NCBI GenBank assembly: GCA_965644295.1
Contig: CBFFRP010000525.1
Location: 1 to 34,578 of the forward strand
Length of the DNA: 34,578 nt
Reading direction: 5' to 3'
Source: Paraphysomonas bandaiensis
Taxonomy: Eukaryota > Protista > Chrysophyceae
In this document: positions 21,620-33,743 of the stretch, one piece after another
Layout: each line of letters begins with the position of its first letter
Numbering within the stretch: the first letter of the stretch is position 1
Program-made: the position numbers and the translations under genes
The notes under the pieces: generated by a model
What the model was told of the DNA's origin: nothing
Database searches by the model: none
What the model saw: only the letters and a program-made list of their open reading frames with translations

Positions 21620-23986
21620 TTATAGGATCTGCTCATAGGTCACAACATCAGCGACAGTGGTCCCGCCTTTTTCCACGCCATTCGCCTTATGATTAATAGT
21701 GTTTACATCGCTGCCATCGGTGTTGGGCCCCAGGGAGGGGGCCTCTTCTTTCACCTTAGACTCGCCGTCGGCACCCATCCAGTCATACTGGACAGCATCG
21801 CCAGCAGGAATAATCTTGCCCGTCAGCCTCTCAAACCAACTCAGGCGGGGAAGCTTTCGAATATTGCTCATAGTGGCACTCAACTGCCTGTTGTCTGACT
21901 TGAAGAATATGCTGTTCCGCTTGTCTAAATTAGTGGAGATCTCTGTCTCGTTCTGCGACTGATGCAGGTAGGCGATAAGATCGTGCACGGTGCTCTTGTC
22001 GATGGCGATGCAGCCCATGTACGGCATGTCCATGTCGGCGATCACCAGCGCGCTCATGCCAATCAGAACAGTGGCCACTGCACACAGAGTGAGGTTCAGC
22101 TCCACGGAGCCGGAGTTGATTAGCAGCACCCCGAAGAACATCGCTGTACTGAGCAGGTACTGCAGCACCCACAGCGTGTTGCTGAGGTGGCGGTCCTCCA
22201 GCGATTCTCTTCTGTACTTCACAGTCGAGAGCTCATTCAGCGCATTCACGATGCGGTCCGCCACCTGATAATTGAACTGAACGTTGGTCGACTCACACAG
22301 TTTGGAGATCACGGGCAGGATGCCGTACATGATGTCGAGAGATAAGTTGTCTGCCGCACCCGCGCCCAACGCGCGGGCAATGTGCTGGACATACCACACC
22401 ACAACACGCAGAGCCTTCAGCTTCAGAGCGACCTGGTTTTGATCGCCCGCAGTTATACTGATTGCCTTCACACACAGAACGATCTGGCGACAAACCGATA
22501 GCTCTCCGCCCAGCGCATCGCGAATGGCACTGAAGCGCTCGTTCGTCAGACTGAAGAGGTGCGAGATGATCAACGAGTACAGCACGCCGGACACCGTGAG
22601 GTAATTCCCAATAGCATCATTCAAAAGAGTTTTGATCGGCTCTGGCCTCAGGGAATAGTCAGAGGGAATGGTGGTGGCGCCGTAGAAGAACTTGAGCATG
22701 GGCTGGGCCACCAAGAAGAGGTAGAACGAGGGCAGGACGGAAACGATCACCTTTTCACACGGATAATGAACATCGTCAGGGCGAAACACCCGGCATATCA
22801 CCAGCAGGATGAGGGCAGATGTCAACGCGATTGCCATCACGAGTATGCACACCCACACTACGTCCAGGTTAAGCGGTGTGCGAGTGACGGCGCATTCATA
22901 GGTCTGCGGCTGGCACGATTCACCGGAGCAGTACGCCGTGTCGATTCCATGGGATGGACAGACGCCGTAGTTCGTGAGGGCAGCAGAGAAGGTTCCAGGA
23001 GTGCCCACGAGGCAGGTCGGGACATAGGGGTAGCTCGCCGTCATGTGATATCTGTTCGTGGAGTGATCGAAGTGGCACTCGTCGAGGCTCCCCGACCCGC
23101 GAGACAGCTGCAGGTGTCCGGAGCTGTTGTACGGCCCGTAGATGGGGAAACCGTCCATCGCGATCCCAAGCAGCGCGCTGGGCTTGCCAACAAGAGGCCA
23201 GTAGGAAAGCTGGGCGGCGGTGGAGTTCTGGTAGAGAAAGGCGGTGCCTGCGCGGGGAAGGGTGGAGTGCTGGCTGTTCATCACGCAGAGCGGAGGCGAG
23301 TGGTAGTGATACCTGAACTGGGTGTTGCCGTGCCCGGCACAATTATCAAAGTCCAGATCGATGTCATGAACAGTTTCTGTTCCATCAGCTGAAACCTCTT
23401 TATGCTGATGATAGATGAGTACACCGTTGACAGCGACACCTACGGGATATCCAGCTTCGAGGTCAGCAATTGTCACCGGTCCAGATAGAGAGACGGAGGA
23501 CGAGTGGGGCATCTTCAAAAAATATTCTTGAAATCTTGGGATGTAATGATGTGAGCTCACTGCACCTCCACAAGATGAACAAGACGAACACGAATGACAT
23601 GACGATTGGCATGAAGATCGGCACGACAAACACGTTTTACCACTCTTGGAGTATGAAGTTGTAATATTGTTGTGGTAAAATTATTTGTGATCTAATTCAA
23701 AATCTTACAATGAAAGGGACAAACGTATCACTTTACCTGGGCAACCATTTGACATTATATGAATATAAACACCTTCACGCTTAACTTCAATGTCATCACG
23801 GAGGCAATAGTTATTTGATAATTCAGGATAGTCAGTACTACCACAAACATATACTAAAGTTGGCCGTTGAGTATAGTCTGCTGATAATAATTCACATTCA
23901 TCGTCGGCATTATTCGCTGTTAAGCATAACGCTTCGAGCTTATAGAAAAAGAGAATTAGGTAGAACAAAAGCACGACACACTTCAT
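21620..23986 (-). CDS. Signal peptide + YHYH domain + multi-TM DUF4239 (bestrophin-like) fusion protein; in-frame TAA early in exon 2
   Basis: Exon 1 23986-23737, intron 23736-23692. Spliced motif SNGCPDH; VGVAVNGVLIY, CAGH, YHYH, AMDGFPIYGP, LDECH; C-terminal LVIADMDMPYMG. TAA at 23683-23681. Confidence 0.8.
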
Positions 23987-24098
23987 CTCTTAGTTTGCTT
24001 AATTTACATCGATTTCGGGTGGTATAGCATTGAACTCAAATTGAATACCTTCTTCGAGTTAATATATATGGATATGCATATATATGCAGAATAGAAAG

Positions 24099-24136
24099 CC
24101 CTAAATCCAGGGATTTAGGAATTTAGGGATTTAGGA
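24099..24136. repeat. Short TTTAGG(G/A)-like palindromic array
   Basis: CCCTAAATCC-AG-GGATTTAGGA ATTTAGGG ATTTAGGA. Confidence 0.5.
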
Positions 24137-24789
24137 TATTAAAAATGGCCTAAAGACGAACTCCATCACCCATAAAAATCCCCTTTTTTGTGCAAACGTA
24201 GACTCTACAAAAACAAAAGATCCTCCCACTCTTTAACCCTCCTTTGTGTAGAAGCAATTGCAGTAATTTCTTGAAAAATTATTTGAGCCGCACCCTTAAT
24301 TTTACAGCAGCGCCGCACTTCTGGTGCTGCCCCGTATTGTCCAATAGTTCATTGTGACTTTAGTATGATAGGCCAGCATACACTGCAGTACGACTGTACA
24401 CATACATACCATAATAATCATATAGTGCATGTATGTCTATGTGTATATGTTTATATTATATATACTCTCTATATATATGCAGATACTATATATATGGCAA
24501 GGGAATCATATGTAGTTCCGTGTAAGCTGTTCGGACATAACAAGCACACGCTATCGAATGCATGAATGTCAGGTAATAACATTGACCGCTGATATCATAC
24601 ATGTGGTGATATATATGATATAGACGGAATGACTATAACTGTGATTGTATACTATTGTATGATATGTGACTATATATGATACGGCTGTATGTGATGAGAT
24701 ACTGTTTGGTGTTTTGTGCTCTGGTGTGTATTATAGTGTTGTTGAGAATACGATATACTGTTTACATAATATGATTATGTAAGGTTTCA

Positions 24790-25150
24790 TGTTTTATATG
24801 ACATCCTTGTACCACTGCTCATTGGGGCTGCAGAATAACTCGTTGTCTTTGAATCGCTTCTTAAGCGCTGTCTTTGTATCTGACAAATACTGCCAAGCAG
24901 TACCAAGGGTCAGAGGCTTCTTTGTGATCCCATGTACGGCATGGTCAATCAAAAAGCCACCAAAACATTGATGTTTATATCACTGCCGACGAGTTGGTGA
25001 TAGCTTTTACTCCCGTCGAACCGCTTGTCCAAGTATCTCTTAAACTGAGCCAATGCGGAGGAGTTACTCTTTTTGGTCTCCCCGTCGCCGACTTTTCTCA
25101 TGTTAACTGTGGTAGATGTGGTATCTGTGGTAGCTGACTTCATAATACTA
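24790..25150 (-). pseudogene. Possible N-terminal fragment of a Crypton-like tyrosine-recombinase transposon protein
   Basis: Frameshifted reading ..SALAQFKRYL..GFLIDHAV..KKPLTLGTAWQYLSDTKTALKKRF..QWYKDV resembles a core-binding domain; no catalytic residues seen. Confidence 0.4.
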
Positions 25151-28100
25151 TCATAGTAATGGTATGTTACAATGTCCATTGTGATAGAGTAGGCAGATCT
25201 TCACCCTCCTCACACTTCTCAGAACACACCTCCATAGAATGTGCCCCATATTGACAGCGTAACTAATTACTGCGTGCGGCCCCCCAGTGGGTGCTGCCGA
25301 GTGCTGCTGCGATTGCTCGCCTCTACCTATGTACACATTGCTTAGTTCAGCACTACCCCACCCGGGGTCTCACTGCATATTCAGCGCTGAATACCATGTG
25401 ATAATGATGTAGCTAGCTGGGTTCAGTAGGTAGCTAGCAAATAACGTATGGCACTTAAATCAATTATTAGTTAGGTACCCACCCGACCCCCATCCGAATC
25501 TACCTAAGTACGCGCTCAGAATGGGGCAGCATACAGCCACTAGAGTGTTGCTTGTATGTATTGTGGGACTGCAGTTTGACTGTTGCTGTGTTGCACACTG
25601 AACATGATGGAGATACAGCAGCAGCAGGTAGACTGTTGAGGTACAGTACGAGTACAGTATCTCTCATAGAGATATGAGGAGTGCAGTGCACAGTGTACGA
25701 TGAGACTATGAGTCATTCACTCCACAAATGCACGTCGTAGTGAAGAGGGGTGTTTGTGTCAGATGCAGCATACGTCTGTGTGAATGATGTACAGATGTGG
25801 AGAGGAGACATATACAGAGACTTCTTCGCCTTCAGAAGATACAATTCCGCCAATTCAGTGTAACGGCCATCTCGTGTTGGATGACACTCTAATGTCACCT
25901 GTGGCACTGAACACTACTTCTTAATGGGGTTGTTTGGAAGTATACAGACCTGCTGGGAGAATTCATCATCAGAGTGCTGTGGATTAGTTGAGCGTCTACA
26001 TTATTTTGAAAATAGTCGCATGCATGGTGCTTATCGTGACAGAAATATACAACAGGCTAAGTAGGTGTTAAGATTGCATTGAAAATTATTGAAATGTATT
26101 AGCATCAATATTATTTATATATGCTACTGATTGCAATATATATGTTGGACCGGCTAGCCTTGGTTAATATTGTCGCCACCAATAGCATGCAATCAAGTCT
26201 ATAAGATGATTTTCTTTACCATTAAAATATGATTATATATAAATGTCTTATTGTTAACAACAGGCGTGGAAGAGTAAAAACTAATGTAGCATAACAAACA
26301 CAAGTGTTTAACTCCGATATTCTACTTTTTAGCGCTACGAAAACTGCTTGAGCGTCACCGCAAGCACTAAAATATGATTAATTCTTACTCCTGCTACATG
26401 AAGTGGACAGTCCATTGTCCCCATGTTGTCTCAAAAAGTGTTTTCTCGACCTGAATTTTGCTCAACAGAAAGCTTGTATTGGCCCCAGGTATATATAGAC
26501 ATTTAGCTTCAACATCAGGTTCAACAGAATCTATCCGCTATCATGGTTATAAGTTATGATACAAACAATCATTTGAAAGTAATCATATTAAACAATTGTG
26601 GGGAAACCACAATGTGTTGAGATCTGAAGATTCTATATACTTGCAATTGAGTGCAGTATTATGTGAGATGCAAGGATCGAAAGATATATATGTAATTAGT
26701 ACATTATATTATGTAGTATGAAACTGAAGTAGAAGTGGATGACTATACAGGATACGATCACTGAGTGGGTGGTTTGTACACTATAGTAGTAAATGAATGG
26801 TGTTGAACACATCGAACACAACTTAGGTTCTTTATCATGTAATGTTTATAATTTCATCTTATCAGTTGAGAATAGTAAACCTTAGCAAATAATGTCAACT
26901 TCTGTTACAATGATGAGTCAACTTTCAAAGGCAAATCATCAATCACTACAAGTTATATACTACCCTTCGTCTGCTGTGGAAGATCATAATGATGATAGTG
27001 GAAGTGATCTATTTTCATATCTAGGACTTTGAGACAATACTTCAAGAACATTACTGGAGAGTTCATATGCCACATCAGATGCTGAAAGTAGTGGCGTTCA
27101 ATCATTTCAGGGTTTGTGTTATATTGCACTTATCAGCATAATGCGATACGTATCATAGTATATAGTACTCCTAACATTCGTGTCAAATGCAGGGGTTAAA
27201 CGTGATGTTCTTAAATGTAATCATGATGCCAACGACACCCAGAATCTACAATTTTTCACACTCATCGTCACAGTTATGTACGATTTTCAATACTTCGCAG
27301 TTGCTATTCCTTCAGTATCCTTCTGCGGTAGGGGTAGAGTGGATGTAACTATTAATGATATTTAGGGATTAATTGTTTTGACTTAGTCTAGCACATTGCT
27401 ATTCCCTAAGCTTATATATAGACCCCAATGACTTTTAAAAGAATACTTTGATTTTCAATTGGTGTCTTAATTTTAATCAGCAAGCAACTACAACTCGCTA
27501 TGCAATCTAGATAAAAAGTATTCAGCATCATGAGAATAACTGCAACATAACGTACGGATAAGAAGTATCGACCTTTTCGACCTCATTTCAAAAGTTTAAC
27601 CGCTGGACGATACAGTCTGCCTTCTCTCCTTGATTGAATATATCTACACTGCAGTCACTCAGCCGAGAGTATGATACACACATATGCACTATCACTATCA
27701 CTGTATGTACATGCTATCGACCGCACTATACACAGCAGCGCATTACAACAGTGCGACTGGTTCAGCTGTGAGTGTAGTCACTCCCCCCCCCTGTAGAGCC
27801 CATGAGGACTCTTGTGTGTTGCTGTGGTCTCTGTTACCTCATGCGATACACTCTCATCATATTCATTTCTCTCTGTTACTGTGTGTCGACTGAAGAGAGT
27901 GTGGATAGAGAGGGTCGGATAGATATACTCGATATAGAGATACACGTATCGGCATCCTTTGTATATTTTTGTTCAGAGATGCCTCTAATATTGAGACAAC
28001 AATTATGTGTATTCCAGCCGTAGTTGTATATCAGTATTATAGAGTATATTTGCTTCAATTTATTCCCGAAAACTAAGATGCTGGCTGCCGATGCATTTGG

Positions 28101-28306
28101 ACAGCTATAGACATACACAGCAGTATACTGGACTGAGAGTTGGGGATTTTTATAATCGATTCATGAACAAAACAGCCCTTTTTTAGTTTATTGTGCAATT
28201 TTCACAAAAAATCCGTCAATATACAGAAAAGCTATGAAATGAGTAAAATTGGGGTTTTTAGTATAAAACCCAGTTGTAATATTGTCATAAGGAACAAAAA
28301 AGTGAA

Positions 28307-28377
28307 TGCATCAGCGGGGAATCGAACCCCGGGCTTCCGCATGGCAAGCGGAAATTTTACCACTAAACCACTGATGC
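28307..28377 (-). tRNA. tRNA-Gly (GCC), identical to 15718-15788
   Basis: Exact reverse complement of the first copy, followed by a T run. Confidence 0.97.
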
Positions 28378-28611
28378 TTCTTATATGTTCGTAATGATAT
28401 TTTAGAATATATATATGTATATTGTGTATTATATGGGGTGAGGTGTGTGTGGTATGTGGTGAGGAGTATGTATGTATATGTACATGTATGTGTTAGTATG
28501 GTGTGTGGATGCATGCATATGATGCGTACAGTAGCTCTATATATACAACCATAACATACATACATATATATATATAACAACACCCCCCTCTATACGAAAC
28601 TATCTATTGCA

Positions 28612-30991
28612 ATGGATACTAAAACAGATGATATTCGAAGCTGGTTGAGTCATTGGCCTCAGCTTCTATCTCAGTTTGATGTGCTGATCATCGGACTCAA
28701 GCGCAGGTGACCTCCGCACACATACATACACATACATACACACACATACATACACACCCACTACACTGATATACACACACATACATGTATATACACACCC
28801 ACTACATACATACACATACATACACATACATGTATATATACATATATAAACTAGTGCCGTCCTGTGAGTTCTATGCATCTGTGATGCTGGTCGCTTGTCA
28901 TCTAATGGACGTGTGTTTGCTCATCGGATATACACAGACAGCTATCGGGATCCTATCCGTGCGCGAGAGCAACGCTGGAGCTCATACGATCTGTGGTATG
29001 CTGTTGCATGCTGTACTGTGTGTGCTCGTATGGTATACGTATACATGTGTAGTCATGCTGTGTAGCGTATTGGCCGTATTTGCTATAGTTAATCTGCACA
29101 GGAGTTCATACCGCATATTATGTATGTATAGCTGTGCTGTGCTGTGCTGTGGTATGATACGATGCGTGTTCATCTTATGTTATAGTTATGGTGTGGGGTA
29201 GTAGGAACTTATATTAGAGTATGTCTGTATTTTGATGACAGTTTAAAGTGTGTGGTTTAATAGTATGCATGTGTTATGTTAATTAGATGGTGGTGATTGG
29301 TATGATACGTATATTAGATGTGGTGATGTCTATAATGAGGGTTTCTGAGATGTTTTTATATCGCCCTGTGCTTATATGTGCTTTCAGCTAGGGACCTGTA
29401 GATTCACGAATGCAGATCACATGTTGCAAGTCGTCAGGTCATACAGTCCAAGTGTTGTATTTTACCGTGATTCTTTTGTTGATAGATATATTGGAAACGA
29501 ACTTAGTCATGCTTCGCCATCTGAAATGGCAATTGGTTAGTCTTGTAATTGGTTATATTGGCCACGCACGTAATATATCGTGCAGGGAACCTTGCTCGGA
29601 GAATCTTGTTCGTCATTCGAGAAGAGTACTCGAATAAGCTCAGGTGAAATTTATGTATCCATTCATAGCTGCCTATTTCGAGTACGCTAAATGTGCTACT
29701 GTGGCATCAGACGCCAACAGGGTAAAAACTCTCATACCAGTGCCGCGGATGAGTGCGAGGGCGAATCTGCAGCATTAGGTGGTTTGAGTTCTCTCTCTAT
29801 AAATAAACCTCCAAAGCAGGTATTTAGCCCACTGTGTGTTACAATGCGAATTGTGTTGATATGCTATATATAGAGAAACCGGAGCATGTCGTCTGTATCA
29901 TCCCAGTCGTCCTGCAGCATGCCACACGATGGCGATGAGGAAGGGTTCCAGGAGTCGACGTATGCGGTTTCATGCCACCAGCCATCTCTTGGTGCGCTGA
30001 CAGTTTGGACTTTTATTTCTCATGCTTAACATCTTCTGCCTTCATATTTACACAGGGAGCGTTCTTGGACGCTCTGGGGCAGAGGGGACTTCAGGGGTGG
30101 TGGAGGACTATACTGCATCTGTAGATATGCGACAAGGGGTTATGGCAGCTGTTAACGAGATTCTAGAGGAGGTGAATGGTGTTTTTGGAAACCATACAGT
30201 GACTAAGGATGTTATAGATGGAGAATGTGAATGCCCCGATTGCATCGTGTGCTCAGGACCACATCCACTCAGACGAATGTGTGATGGTTATTGGTCAGAG
30301 TTATACTATAGAGTTATTCCTGAAAGCAGCCTCGAGAAAGCGCAGATTCCAGGTACTTATTAATATCATTTTCCTGCTTGTACTACCATTCATTTTCTTT
30401 TCTCTATGCTCAGGTCATAATTGCTTCTGAGGGACAGGGATTATGTGGGCATCGTATGGCAGCAGCACTCTCGCAGAATTCGAATATCGGCGTGACACTC
30501 GTACCTGATACAGCAATATATGCCCTTATGAGCAGAGTTCACAAGGTATATTTGTATCTTGTGGATTTCTCGTCTTGTATCGTTGATATCAATGTGGTGT
30601 CCTTGACGTTAATATTCAGGTTATATTCAGTCCGCAGGCTGTGATGGCGGATGGTGGCGCTATATGTTTGGCGGGTCACTTAATGACACTTATAGCTGCT
30701 AAAGAGCACGCTGTTCCTGTAGTCGGAGTGACAGGGAGCTACAAGTTGACTCCACTGTTTGCTCACAACCAGAACCACGTCCTCGATGTCATGAATTCTC
30801 CGGCGGACGTGCTCCCCTACGACTCTCCCGTGGACTTGGACCACGTAGAAGTAGCAATCCCAGTCTACGACCACGTGCCCCCCGAATACATAGACCTCTA
30901 TATCACGAATAACGGCTCCCACCAGCCGTCCTATATATACCGACTTCTGGCTGAGTTCTTTCATCCCCGCGATTATTCACTGAAACTTTAG
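28612..30991 (+). CDS. EIF2B2: Translation initiation factor eIF2B subunit beta, multi-exon
   Basis: Exons reconstructed at GT-AG junctions: MDTK..GLKRR / QLSGSYPCARATLELIRSV / LGTCRF..VVR / YIGNEL..SEMAI / GNLARRILFVIREE / .. / AQDHIHSDECVMVIG..RKRRFQ / ..VPDTAIYALMSRVHK / ..AVMADGG..YKLTPLF..YITNNGSHQPSYIYRLLAEFFHPRD. Confidence 0.92.
28717..28847. repeat. Intronic CA/TA-rich microsatellite
   Basis: CACATACATACACATACATACA.. in eIF2B-beta intron 1. Confidence 0.85.
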
Positions 30992-31802
30992 GGTTGATGT
31001 AGTCTTTTTTGCATTAAACAGAATAGAGAAGATTGTAATAAAATGGGTTGACCTTATATTGAGTGTCTTAACTGTTGCTTTTAGCAATGACGCTGTGAAT
31101 GTGATTCTTTGATATACACGAGAATAACATTCCAATAATACTGTGATTGCTAGAAAAGCATTTACTATCACATATGCAACAAGCAATGGATACCCATCAT
31201 ATATGAGCAACTTTAATTTAACAGCAGTATTAGGGCTGCCACATACTTTGTTGTCACACCATATGGTTGTTGAGTATGGAATGTGGAAGCCCAATTCCGA
31301 GAGTAGTGACCGTAGCCAAATAGCTTCTTGACATGCTGTTGATAGTGAATAAAGAATTGATCTTAGTAATGGTAAAACAATGTTGTGATTATTAGAGTGT
31401 AAGTAATGAACACGTTAGGGTGAGAATTATGAATAACAATAAAAACATAACTATTATTCACAACGGAATAGTTAGAAGTGTATCTGATAATGACGACGTT
31501 ATGATGACTATCATGTATCTTCAACAGATACTCTCTCTAATTCAGTTCATGATATATTTCATTGAACATATTATTACTCACAGATACAATCTTGTATTAA
31601 GCTGAATCCTAATATAGTGTCATGTACTCCGCTTCTATAGAGGATAGAGCAACAGTAGTCTGGAGTCGTGATTGCCAGGAAATGAGACAATTTCCAATAA
31701 AGAAGCAAAACGCTGTGGTCGATCTGCGAGTTAAGTTATAGCGTGCCCAATCACTGTCCAGTTAATGTAACAGACTTCCCGGGGTATTGTAGACCTTGAA
31801 GG

Positions 31803-31857
31803 CGAGGTAATACCAAAACCTGGTAAAGCTATTTCACCAGGTTTTGGTATTACCTCG
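31803..31857. repeat. Perfect 22-bp inverted repeat (hairpin)
   Basis: CGAGGTAATACCAAAACCTGGT-N11-ACCAGGTTTTGGTATTACCTCG. Confidence 0.9.
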
Positions 31858-31890
31858 ACTTTAACGTATTTTATAGAATTCTATAAAAGT

Positions 31891-32420
31891 CCCTCAACAA
31901 AGTCGGACTTGAACCTTTTCGTGGTATACTGGGGGATAAGAACCGGAGATATTTCTCCGGGAAACTAACGTGAGCCGCATAATATTTAGTCAGCATATGT
32001 TGTTCTGCCTACTCATAGCCAAATGCTTGTGTGGTACAAGGGACACAAAAATACGTATCACTTGTGTAAACGTCTTTGAGTGTTGACGAATAAACAGGCA
32101 TCCGGAATTGGGCCCACCTCAAGGACATCTGAGGTATTGGGCTGCCTACTGAAGTCAGGAATCTGGGATGTTCACCTTAAGGACAGAGAGAAAAACTACT
32201 TGCACTATGGATCTTGCGGTGACGCACAAGCAGCTTTCGTAGCACCAAATAGTAGGATATCAGAGTTAAGCACAAGTTAGTTACATTGTTTTGCTACATT
32301 AGTTTTGACTCTTACACACCTATAGCTAATGAAAGTAGACATTCACTACTACTTCTGACTCTTACACGCCTATTGCTAATGAAAGCCGCCATTCACTACT
32401 ACTTCTGACTCTTACACGCT
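31891..32420 (+). repeat. Short interspersed repeat, copy B, with ~100-bp insertion and ~50-bp tandem tail
   Basis: Homologous to the reverse complement of 12882-13228; tail units GACTCTTACAC..GCTAATGAAAG..CATTCACTACTACTTCT. Confidence 0.75.
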
Positions 32421-33743
32421 TATTTTGCGAATAATGAGATCTAGTCAAGCGGTTGAAACCTAGTTATTTAATAATTCATATTTCCATTTTACAATGACTA
32501 GGTTGACTAGTATTCGCCTAGTCAAAAATAAAATTTTAATTAAGAATGGGAGCATACTCTAGCCATTAATTAATGAATGCAGATATTGTATACATGCAAT
32601 ACATCACAATTCATCGTCGTATTCCAATGAGAATTGGACAGTTTCTCGTGACCACATGTCCGGTGCAGTTCCACAGCTTCCTAAGGGCCATGAGATCGGC
32701 GGGTTCACAGTCCTCGCTGCACTGTAAGGCTTGATGAAGATCGACATATGCTTCTCATCAATATCCCCCTGAGAACATAATTAAGATATGTATAGAGCTA
32801 TAAATGTATTTCACATACCTCACAAGCGATATTATTGGTTTTGCGCTTGATTATTAAGGGACCTTCCGTACAACATACTTATATGTGATGCCTGTCATAC
32901 AATGATTAACACTCACAAGATTGTAAAGTATATTGTAAGATATATATGCAGAGTATATATATCTTGCACATACCCCACAAGTAATGTACGGCTAGAGAGT
33001 AGGACCAGTATTATAGTGGCTAGTATCCCAAAGCCGCGGAAGTTGTAGACAAGAGCGATAACGATATAGGTTTTGCCCTTGATTTTGTAACAACATATAT
33101 ATGCTGTGGTCCAATAATACAGTGATCAAATACTCTACTAAAGCGCATCAGCACAATATAAATTTGAGTCATTTATTACTTTTTGACTATGTTATTCTAC
33201 CAAATTGACTAGGTTGAACAGGTTGAATAATATTTCACGCTAATAACCAGACATTAACTACTATAAAATTTGTATACACCTGTGGTTATAGTTGGAACAC
33301 CTTAAACTACAGTATTTAATTGGTCAACCATAAGCAAAACTCAGCAAATTTGAAAAGCAATTAGTTTCTATAATGCTCCAAAACACGCAGTGCAGTATTT
33401 CCTGAACTCTTCATGAATTTTAGAAAACTGCGTAGTAAACTACACTCACCATTATATAGTAGTAGTATGCTTGGTAGTAGTATACGGTAGTAATGACTAG
33501 GCGAATAATAGCTGCGTAAAACATATACTAACAAGTATGGCTCATGAAAGATGTAATGGGTGCGTCGATAATACAAGCCACTCAAGCTTAAATAACCAGT
33601 ACATACCATATTGACAATTTACAACGTGGCGCTGGATATCAAACTATAAATATCCTCTGAGTGCAATAAATCAACAACACAGACTATAAATATACGCACT
33701 GCTGTGGTATCCAAATGAAAGCACAGTACAGTGCTTGATACAT

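Noticed and set aside
22559-23392. 277-aa plus-strand ORF
   Set aside because: Antisense shadow of the GC-rich YHYH exon with no recognisable motifs.
12030-23683. Alternative genetic code (TAA or TGA reassigned), suggested by three in-frame stops
   Set aside because: TAA ends pol, the RbgA-like gene and the YHYH gene at plausible C-termini, and the long ORFs lack the frequent internal stops that reassignment would give.
16342-24153. TTA-GGCCATT (16342) and AATGGCC-TAA (~24144) as TIRs of one large Harbinger carrying the YHYH gene
   Set aside because: Only 7 bp match inside the putative TSD and the subterminal sequences do not correspond, which is too weak to call.
28311-29201. ORFs rich in Y/I/H/T/C/V
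   Set aside because: Translations of CA/TA microsatellites and eIF2B-beta introns.
32600-33120. Minus-strand region with two GTATGT..CAG intron-like segments
   Set aside because: The spliced product has stops and no recognisable product; at most a decayed gene or UTR.
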